DNA of 64,000 bases from a virus (Duplodnaviria > Heunggongvirae > Uroviricota > Caudoviricetes): IMG/VR virus record IMGVR_UViG_3300033070_001123; one strand, written 5' to 3'. The position numbers and the translations under genes were made by a program. The notes under the pieces are model-generated. The model was not told where the DNA came from. It made no database searches and saw only the letters and a list, made by a program, of their open reading frames with translations. Of the stretch, positions 56,498 to 64,000 are shown one piece after another; positions within the stretch are counted from its first letter, which is position 1; every line of letters begins with the position of its first letter.

Positions 56498-59400
56498 TTA
56501 TATTCCTCCCCTTCGAGGGTACGATGCTCTTTGTTCCAATTTCCTAGCAACCTGCTGTCCAGGTCCAACCCCATAAGGCTGTCCAGACATAGATCTCCAT
56601 ACTACATCATTAGCTCCCTGTACTGGTAAAGAGACTAATTTTCCTTGTGGAAGTTTGTTCAACTCTTTTTCAACGCAATTATAACAAGCACCCGCAAGGG
56701 CGTCTACAATATCGTCTGTTGTTATGTCTCCATCTTTCCTTGGGTACACCTTATATCCGCTATCAAGCCATTTTCTTTGAAGATTTTTCATTTCATTCTT
56801 AAGAAGAATATGATTTGGTATAAAAAGCTTGCCTTGTACAGCTATTTGATACAAATTGTCATAAATAAGGTTCTTGTATTGCTTGTTGTATGGCGTCATT
56901 TTAGTTGGAACGCCTCTTTTTCTAAGCTTGGCTATGCTTTCTTGACTATTAAAGTGGTCATAAGTAACAACACCAAGACAGAATTTTGTATTCAAATCAG
57001 CAACATACTCATCAACTTCCTCAACTGATATTGGTTTCCCCGGCAAAGGCGACCAATACTTAATATGATCTACAACAATTCTCCACTCTTTTCTAGAGGT
57101 TGGTTGATCAAAGAAAACCTCTTTATGAGCAAGTACCAAAGCGTAATTGTGGCTTGATGTCGCAGGATCTAAATGAGCAAAGTAATAAATACCAGGAACC
57201 CCTCTATCCCTAAACTTCAAAACCTTATCAGAGAAGCACTTTTCAACAACTTCTTCTGGAAAGAAGTTTTCACCAGCCGTACCCGAAAACTCCGCTCCAA
57301 ACTCCATTCGGAACTTTTCTTCGGGCATACTAGGAAAGGCCTGAATAAGAGCTTCTTTTGACTGCATTGGATTCACTTGCCATGTAGCCGCTCTACAAAC
57401 GAGTCGGTGGTCAACCTCTACATGATTCTGATACAAGTCATAGAAGATGCCTTCCTTACCTCTTGGAGTAGAAAGACAAATAATCTTGCCGTCATAAATC
57501 TTGTCAAACTCTTGTTGTCCATTAGCGTCAAGAACAGGCTTGCCTTCCGCGTCAACCCTTGGAACTTTCCTAATATAGGTCTTTACAGCAGGAGCGAGCG
57601 AGTTGAAAATAGCATCGCCTGAAGAAGATCCAGCCGTATTTTTGTAAAGACCAATTTCGTCGAGCAACAAGACGTAGCAAGAAATACCTACCAAGCTGTC
57701 TGAGTTACTATGTCCTGATCGAACAACAATAGAACCCAAACCAGGAGCAAACCCCTTAGCAACCAACTCTTCATTCCTTCGTTTATCTTCGGGAGTCAAG
57801 AAGTGGATTGCGTCCGCAGTAATACCTTCTGGTAAAACCTTATCCTTAAAGTAATCGCTATTGAGAACCTTGTCCTTAATTTCTCGGAACAGAATCTTTG
57901 CCTGTTGAGTCGAGTTTGCTATTGTAAGAATGGTAAACGGAGTTGCCATACCAAGCTTATAGACGGCGTAGGGATTACCGCCAGGACACTCAAGAAGTCT
58001 CATTGCTTCGTAAAGAGCTATGATAGATGTAAGGAAGTCTTTTCCGCTATTATGACAAATAAAGCCATTTGAACAGAAATTCTGTAAAGATGGGTCCGAA
58101 GAAACCATCAAATCAAAAGTTCTTTTCGCTCCAATCTTTTTGATAGATACAATCGGTGAAAAGATAGGCGAGTCGCTAACCTTTTCAATATCAACATTAT
58201 GAGCAATCTCTTGAACTGCTTCATCTTTTCCTACAAAACCGATCTCGTCAATAAATCGACGAACACAGGAGTTTTTGCTTATAACCAAAATATGCTCTGG
58301 CTTAGAATTGATTAGCTTTGATTGAAAAGTTGAAAATACACCAAACCTTGACAACAAATGCTGTACTTGCTTAGTTAGCTGTAGACTCGAAAAAGAAGCC
58401 TCAATTTTACATGTGAAACGATAAGTCTTTGTGTAGGAAATCTCTCCGTCACAACTAAAAAGAGACTTCAAATAAGCTACAACAATATTTTTGGGCGAAG
58501 AAAAGATCCTTGACGGAACAAACTTCTGCGGACTTGTTTTATTCTTCAAACCGTTTTTGTCTAGAAGCGTAATAGCATTATTTTGTTGAACCTTTGTTGC
58601 CTTTTGAGAATAAACGTAAGTGTATTTACGCTCGTCTTCAGACTTTATGTTATGATTACTTGCTGGTTCTATTTTAGAATCAGCGCAATATTTCGTTATT
58701 CTTAGCTTGAAATCTTCAAAAACTTCTCCATTACTGAGCGACGTAGCAAGATAAGCTCCAACCGAATCGCAAGAACCGCTGCTCAAATAACCAAGAATAA
58801 CAGCCTCGTCTTCAGATAGCTCCGTAGAACTACCAAAGAAAGGCTGATAAGACGCTAACGCTACTTTATCCTTTGGTTTCAAATCTTTGACATGAACCCA
58901 TCCTGCTTCTGTCAAAAACGGATGATTATCTGTTGCTTCTATTTCGTGTCCAGAAATGGTTTGAATCTTATAGACATCTCTAACGCCTTGAAATATCAAG
59001 TTGCAATTGTCTATTGAAACCATCTTCTTGGCTCGTTCGTCAAACGTCCAAGACTCTAGCTTTGTTTTTCCATAATTCCAAAGCTCGCCAAGTGTCCAGT
59101 TTCTTCCTGTTTTGATATCAATGATTTCGCTGTTTTCAGAAAGACATCTTCGGCCCCAAACAAGAACAAGCTCTCTAAACTGATTGCCTGATTTCCATTT
59201 ATCTAATAACGCTCCATTGAGAGGATCGTTTAGACCGTTTTTGTCAATTATGTCAAGATCTTCTGGGGTTAGCTCTAAATCTTCATTTCCATCGCTACCC
59301 CTATAAAAGCACTTAAGTATGAGCTTTTGTATATCGTAAAGACTAACAGGAGGGTTAGCATAAGGTAGTCCAAGAAACTTAGGACTCTCAACAAACTCTA

Positions 59401-59521
59401 CAATACTTGGAATTTTAGCCAATCCGGCTACTTCCTTTTTCATCTTTTCTCTCAACTCGTTCAACAAGCCAAGAGAACTACCTTGCTGCGGCTTCTGTGA
59501 TTGCTTCTTTTCTTTTGCCAT
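56498..59521 (-). CDS. terL: terminase large subunit with intein
   Basis: Walker A LVWGRR^SGKD, Walker B LLLDEIG, motif III CLSTPRG, RNase H-like AHLDPA and TDDIVDALAG. Confidence 0.93.
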   Translation of the reverse strand: MAKEKKQSQKPQQGSSLGLLNELREKMKKEVAGLAKIPSIVEFVESPKFLGLPYANPPVSLYDIQKLILKCFYRGSDGNEDLELTPEDLDIIDKNGLNDPLNGALLDKWKSGNQFRELVLVWGRRCLSENSEIIDIKTGRNWTLGELWNYGKTKLESWTFDERAKKMVSIDNCNLIFQGVRDVYKIQTISGHEIEATDNHPFLTEAGWVHVKDLKPKDKVALASYQPFFGSSTELSEDEAVILGYLSSGSCDSVGAYLATSLSNGEVFEDFKLRITKYCADSKIEPASNHNIKSEDERKYTYVYSQKATKVQQNNAITLLDKNGLKNKTSPQKFVPSRIFSSPKNIVVAYLKSLFSCDGEISYTKTYRFTCKIEASFSSLQLTKQVQHLLSRFGVFSTFQSKLINSKPEHILVISKNSCVRRFIDEIGFVGKDEAVQEIAHNVDIEKVSDSPIFSPIVSIKKIGAKRTFDLMVSSDPSLQNFCSNGFICHNSGKDFLTSIIALYEAMRLLECPGGNPYAVYKLGMATPFTILTIANSTQQAKILFREIKDKVLNSDYFKDKVLPEGITADAIHFLTPEDKRRNEELVAKGFAPGLGSIVVRSGHSNSDSLVGISCYVLLLDEIGLYKNTAGSSSGDAIFNSLAPAVKTYIRKVPRVDAEGKPVLDANGQQEFDKIYDGKIICLSTPRGKEGIFYDLYQNHVEVDHRLVCRAATWQVNPMQSKEALIQAFPSMPEEKFRMEFGAEFSGTAGENFFPEEVVEKCFSDKVLKFRDRGVPGIYYFAHLDPATSSHNYALVLAHKEVFFDQPTSRKEWRIVVDHIKYWSPLPGKPISVEEVDEYVADLNTKFCLGVVTYDHFNSQESIAKLRKRGVPTKMTPYNKQYKNLIYDNLYQIAVQGKLFIPNHILLKNEMKNLQRKWLDSGYKVYPRKDGDITTDDIVDALAGACYNCVEKELNKLPQGKLVSLPVQGANDVVWRSMSGQPYGVGPGQQVARKLEQRASYPRRGGI
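58049..59146 (-). mobile_element. 366-aa intein with a LAGLIDADG domain, inserted in TerL Walker A
   Basis: Starts CLSENSEI, ends GFICHN, followed by Ser; block B TDNHPF; endonuclease motifs ILGYLSSGS and YLKSLFSCDG. Confidence 0.93.
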
Positions 59522-59523
59522 TT

Positions 59524-60054
59524 TTACCTCAAATCTGAAGCTTCTTTATAAACCAACCAATCTTCTCCGCCATTATATGTTAGAAGTTTCAATACGTCTA
59601 TTGCATTAGCAGTTGAAGATAGAGTTATATCCGTTTGTCCAGGTTTCCTAAACGAAGACGGAAACGAAACGGTATGACCGCCTGTTGATTGCTCAACAAG
59701 TAAGGTCAACTCAAATGCAGAACCCTCGTCTAAGTTATGCAAAAACGTTAGCGACAGATTCTCGGTAAGCGTGAGTTTTTGAACATTGCCAGCGGTTGTG
59801 CTAATTTGATAAGTAGCTCCAACCTCTCCTATATCATTGTACTTTAGATGGTACGAATCAATAACAGGCTTTACCAAAGCGCCCTTATTGAACGTAGCCT
59901 CCATTTTTTCTGTGGATAGCTTCAACGGCGTAGGAATACCGTTGCCGCCATAAACGGTTACTAGATCGCTTGTGACTCCTATATTATCGTTGTTGAGATA
60001 CAGAAGGTCATTACACGATTGAGCAGGTGTTTTATCGCCTAGAGACGAACTCAT
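59524..60054 (-). CDS. fibre-like structural protein
   Basis: 176 aa; LTLLVEQSTGGHTVSFP...ANAIDVL...NGGEDW, a common fibre C-terminal pattern. Confidence 0.65.
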   Translation of the reverse strand: MSSSLGDKTPAQSCNDLLYLNNDNIGVTSDLVTVYGGNGIPTPLKLSTEKMEATFNKGALVKPVIDSYHLKYNDIGEVGATYQISTTAGNVQKLTLTENLSLTFLHNLDEGSAFELTLLVEQSTGGHTVSFPSSFRKPGQTDITLSSTANAIDVLKLLTYNGGEDWLVYKEASDLR

Positions 60055-60068
60055 GAAAATTCCTCAAA

Positions 60069-60854
60069 CTAAAGGTTCTCCCATCCTATCTTATTCATTG
60101 GAAGCGTTATATCCTTCCAAAGAAGATGCATGTCAGACCACCTGGCTTTAGCATCTCCTATCACCGTTATCGAATATCCAACCTGTTCCGAAAGAATTGC
60201 ATAGGTCAGCGGAACCTCTAAAAACTGATCTATGAGAAACTCGTCCATGTTGTCGTACCCATATGCAGCGCCATATTCTCTCATTACATGAGCATTCAGC
60301 GCTCGAACGGCATTATACATAGTCTGTTGATTATCAAGATGCTTGTAGATTATGTAAGCATACGTTCTTCTTAAAAAGCTCTCAAGCTCCGTTCTGTGTC
60401 TTTGGCGAACATTTACATCGCAGTTTTGCAGATTATTATACATGCAAACAAGAGGACTGAGACACTCCTTGCCAAGATCATAAGATTCAGCTATAGCCTC
60501 AGTTATCACTCTATAGTCATATGTTCCTATTCTATGTCCGTCGTCTGGAACAGGCCCTCTTGGAGGAACTACAGGCGGAGCAACAGGAGGCGGAGGAGGA
60601 GGCGGCGGAGGCGAAGGCGAAGGCGGAGCTTCAAACGTAATAGAAAAAACAGAACTAGAAAGAGATTCTTCATAAGTAATAAGATCATCTACAAGATAAT
60701 ACGTTACAGCCGTAACAACATAATAATAGGTATTACCTAAAACAACGTCGTTATCAACAAACGATGTACTGGTTGTTGTGCCAATAAATACAAACGTACC
60801 TGGCGTTCCAGTATCAGAGCGATAAATATTGTAATGAGAAAAATCTCCTGGCAA
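60069..60854 (-). CDS. C-terminal half of an FN3 domain, poly-Pro linker and helical domain; probable +1 continuation of 60856-63984
   Basis: DFSHYNIYRS...FVD...TYYYVVTAV; TTG start 1 nt after the upstream stop. Confidence 0.7.
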   Translation of the reverse strand: MPGDFSHYNIYRSDTGTPGTFVFIGTTTSTSFVDNDVVLGNTYYYVVTAVTYYLVDDLITYEESLSSSVFSITFEAPPSPSPPPPPPPPPVAPPVVPPRGPVPDDGHRIGTYDYRVITEAIAESYDLGKECLSPLVCMYNNLQNCDVNVRQRHRTELESFLRRTYAYIIYKHLDNQQTMYNAVRALNAHVMREYGAAYGYDNMDEFLIDQFLEVPLTYAILSEQVGYSITVIGDAKARWSDMHLLWKDITLPMNKIGWENL

Positions 60855-60855
60855 A

Positions 60856-63800
60856 TTATGGACTCCAGCTTATTGTTATTGTATTTTGGTCAACATCTCC
60901 TACCGCAGTTACAGAAGAAGGCGGATCAAGAACAGGGTCGTCAGGGACAAAGGGAACCGTCAGAATGGTAGATTTGCTCGATTCATTACCAAAAACATCG
61001 ACAGCAGAAACTTGATAGTAATAGGTTGAATTTGTCCTAACCGCCGTATCGTAAAAGAACGGGTTCTTTGTATATTGCCTCTTGACAAAGTTTGCAGGTG
61101 TAGAATCTATAACTTGATTTGAAATCTTGCACTTATAAACAATGTAATGACTAAAATCTGGATCTTCATTAGCGTCCCAGAATATCTTTATGTACTTTCT
61201 GTCCGTTGTGTATGTTGTATTTCTTTCTTTATCATAGAAACCATACCTAAGACCGCTTGGAGGAGCAGGCGCAACAGTTGATGTGTAATTGGCTGGAACG
61301 TCTACAAAATCAAATCTTCTATCAACAGCTTCAAAGCTTGAAGACGAAGGATCAAGATTGGGATAAACATTCAAACCATAGCCGCCAACAACATAGCCAT
61401 AAGACGCCATAACTCCAAACCTATACAGAACTTCTTCCTCAGTAAGAGTTGAATCAAATCTTACAACACCATAATCAATACACCAATGTTCGTTTCCTGG
61501 AACCAAAAAGTTTGCAAGATGATGAGGACCGCATATGCCGTCATACGAGAACAAATACGAAGCACCTCTAAAGCAGAATACATCTTGTTTCGCTTTCTCA
61601 ACCAATAAAGACATATTTGGATATCGCTCCTTATATGTATCAATAAGGTCTAAAGCATTCTTCATTTGATTCTGATTGAAACTAGAACCAAAGAAATCCA
61701 AACCAAGAGAATTTGCCCAAAACAAATCCGAAGCAAGGTCTACTTCATCATAGAACTTCTGCATTCGTGCGGTATCTGTAAAATCAATAGTTTCATACTC
61801 AACAGACGGACCATATACCGTTGAGCTTGTTGCAACCAAATCTCCATAGCCTTGATAGAAGCCAAACTGCGCAATTTCTTCACCAAGCCTTTGTAAGCCA
61901 GATATCGAAGAAAGCATATTTGGATATCCAGTCCAAGGATACTGACTTCTGTATATTGGAGTCAAAATTTGAGGATAGTAGTTTAATCCATTCTCATTAT
62001 GACCAAGAATTTCCCAAACCATATACCTCTGATAATTCTTATTGATAACATTTGAAACAATGCTGTTTATGTAAGACGAATATCCCGTTGAAGGTATATT
62101 GTAAGAAGCATTAAGCAGTAACGGAGCAGCGCCAGAGTTTGTTGTCATAACTTCCAAGAAAACAGGCCTTGGATCTCTAGTATGAACCATTTCGTGATTG
62201 GACTGTAAATAGTCTTTCCAAGGCTTAGCTTTCAAAACCCATTTAGACGGATTCCTTGCAACACGAATAGATATGGTTATGGAAAAAGATTCTCCCCTTT
62301 GCAAGCAATCATTATAGTAAGAAGTAGAACTTCCTGTATTTGCTAACCACTTTAACTGAGTTTTGCCCCTAGAATATACAACCCCATTAAATCCTGACCT
62401 AGACGAGGTTATTTCTTGAAACATCTTGTCAGAATTTACATAATCAGCAGTCCAAGAAATAACAACCGCATGATTTTTCAAGAGATAACAGCTAATAGGC
62501 GCAAATTTGTATGGATACTCTCTTGCGTCATTGCCTGTATAAAGCCCTTGCTTTGTGTGGAACATATAGCTGTAAAAGCCCATTCCATTCAAATCAGTTA
62601 GCAACGAAACATTTCTTCCGCAAAATATTCCGTCAATGTCTATGGTTCCCATTTTTTGAGCAGCAGAACCAACAACCTGAGACAAAGGACCGTCATTAGT
62701 ATAAACAACAGTAATATCTATACCGTCGTCTTCAACGGAGGTTGAAATAGTTGTCTTTATATAGTCTCCAACACCATTCAAAAGAGAAAGATAAGGACTT
62801 ACAGCAGTCTCGTATGATGGGATTCCATATGACTGCCCAACAATTATTTTTGCAGAAGTAACATCATCATTATCTTGTTCTATAAAAGATGGATCTCTAA
62901 TCTCAAATGTAAGATTATGAGAATCATTTGCAACAGCATTGGCATTTGTTGGTCGGCTTCTATATGACAATGAAGACGAAACGCTAAACTGAGAAGAATC
63001 GTCAGAAAAAGCAACAAAAGAAGCGGCGCAAACTCTCTGAACTATAGACGAATCAAGAAGTTCTAACTTATAGTTTCTGTTAATAGACTCATGAGGACTA
63101 ACCTTTTCAAACTCGTCATACTTTAATATATCAAGAGCAAAAGCTCTTTCTGGCAAGCAGTCTTCTATCTCTATAACAAATGAAGTTGATTGAACGTTTT
63201 CAAAAAATGTTTTACAATCAACAGAGGCTCCCTCAACTAGCGCCATTCTAACATTTTCAAGATTAGCTGGTTTTGGATAAACATTTCCTGTTATATCAAA
63301 ATCTGACTGAACTGGATTATAAGATATGTAGTTAGACATGCAATTGATTTTGTTATCTACAAATACATTTTGTGAAAAATCAAACTGTTCTAATACAAAA
63401 TTATCTGCATTCAGATCGCAAACCGCAGAATAATCCGAAACATTTGACCATAATAAGAACATATTGTTCAAAATCAAAACCTGCTGCTTTATAACCGTTG
63501 GTTCAAGCAAAATAGCGGAGCAAAGCATGTTATTGTATTTTAGTTCAAATATGTTACTTACTACACAAATTCCGCCATGTTGTTGATCTAAATACAAACA
63601 AGCTCTCTTTTGAACGATTGTACTTGGATCTGATTTTTGCCCGCCACCAGCGGCAGAAAAATAGTTATTCGCTATTCTTACATAAAAAATGTTTGAAATT
63701 TCAGAACATCCTCTTATAAAACAATTAGAATACAAAAAAATCTCGCCACTTAGTGAGAAACTAAAAGCTCCAGCAGATAATTCATCAAAAGTGTTATACA

Positions 63801-63984
63801 AGAAACCATATGCAGAAGAATCCCCGCCAGGAGAGGAATATTCAGGTTCAAGAGTTAAAGCGTTATCAAGATATGACCACTGCAAAACAATATACATTGA
63901 TGAATTGAACTTTATAAGCTTGCCTTGCTTTTCGTACAGTGTTCTAGAAGTTCCAGAATAACTCGAAACTTCTATATTTGTCAT
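60856..63984 (-). CDS. large structural protein with a C-terminal FN3 domain
   Basis: 1042 aa; PPSGL...IFWDANEDPDFSHYIVY...YYYQVSAVDVFGNES; ends in the first two strands of a second FN3. Confidence 0.75.
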   Translation of the reverse strand: MTNIEVSSYSGTSRTLYEKQGKLIKFNSSMYIVLQWSYLDNALTLEPEYSSPGGDSSAYGFLYNTFDELSAGAFSFSLSGEIFLYSNCFIRGCSEISNIFYVRIANNYFSAAGGGQKSDPSTIVQKRACLYLDQQHGGICVVSNIFELKYNNMLCSAILLEPTVIKQQVLILNNMFLLWSNVSDYSAVCDLNADNFVLEQFDFSQNVFVDNKINCMSNYISYNPVQSDFDITGNVYPKPANLENVRMALVEGASVDCKTFFENVQSTSFVIEIEDCLPERAFALDILKYDEFEKVSPHESINRNYKLELLDSSIVQRVCAASFVAFSDDSSQFSVSSSLSYRSRPTNANAVANDSHNLTFEIRDPSFIEQDNDDVTSAKIIVGQSYGIPSYETAVSPYLSLLNGVGDYIKTTISTSVEDDGIDITVVYTNDGPLSQVVGSAAQKMGTIDIDGIFCGRNVSLLTDLNGMGFYSYMFHTKQGLYTGNDAREYPYKFAPISCYLLKNHAVVISWTADYVNSDKMFQEITSSRSGFNGVVYSRGKTQLKWLANTGSSTSYYNDCLQRGESFSITISIRVARNPSKWVLKAKPWKDYLQSNHEMVHTRDPRPVFLEVMTTNSGAAPLLLNASYNIPSTGYSSYINSIVSNVINKNYQRYMVWEILGHNENGLNYYPQILTPIYRSQYPWTGYPNMLSSISGLQRLGEEIAQFGFYQGYGDLVATSSTVYGPSVEYETIDFTDTARMQKFYDEVDLASDLFWANSLGLDFFGSSFNQNQMKNALDLIDTYKERYPNMSLLVEKAKQDVFCFRGASYLFSYDGICGPHHLANFLVPGNEHWCIDYGVVRFDSTLTEEEVLYRFGVMASYGYVVGGYGLNVYPNLDPSSSSFEAVDRRFDFVDVPANYTSTVAPAPPSGLRYGFYDKERNTTYTTDRKYIKIFWDANEDPDFSHYIVYKCKISNQVIDSTPANFVKRQYTKNPFFYDTAVRTNSTYYYQVSAVDVFGNESSKSTILTVPFVPDDPVLDPPSSVTAVGDVDQNTITISWSP

Positions 63985-64000
63985 GATAACATGATTAACA

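Overview
A 64-kb segment of a large tailed dsDNA phage (Caudoviricetes, probably jumbo-class), covering most of the virion morphogenesis region. Nearly all genes are on the minus strand. In transcription order (right to left): FN3-domain structural proteins; intein-containing terminase large subunit; a cluster of unknown proteins carrying a recurring (F/Y)-N-L-x-K-x-A-(Q/S/G) peptide motif; a portal fused to a DUF559-like nuclease; a 2002-aa prohead protease/scaffold; a decoration protein; the major capsid protein; terminators and a candidate structured RNA; glycosyltransferases; a subtilisin; tail-fibre-like proteins; a neck protein; PhoH with a structured leader; a LAGLIDADG endonuclease; an actin-like ATPase; head-tail connector proteins; and a glycosyltransferase running off the left edge. 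A three-gene glycan-modification cassette (49.4-52.0 kb) is inverted. Strongest leads: (1) a putative K-x-A maturation/cargo-tagging signal shared by the protease-scaffold and over a dozen head-module proteins, including a 2H phosphodiesterase and a DUF192-WYL fusion; (2) the portal-nuclease fusion; (3) a phage actin in the virion module; (4) a five-enzyme glycosylation/pyruvylation set; (5) two structured RNA elements; (6) two genes split by a single lesion (in-frame TGA; +1 shift at CCA-TAA). All family calls come from motif recognition by eye; no searches were run. No tRNA, rRNA or CRISPR array was seen.
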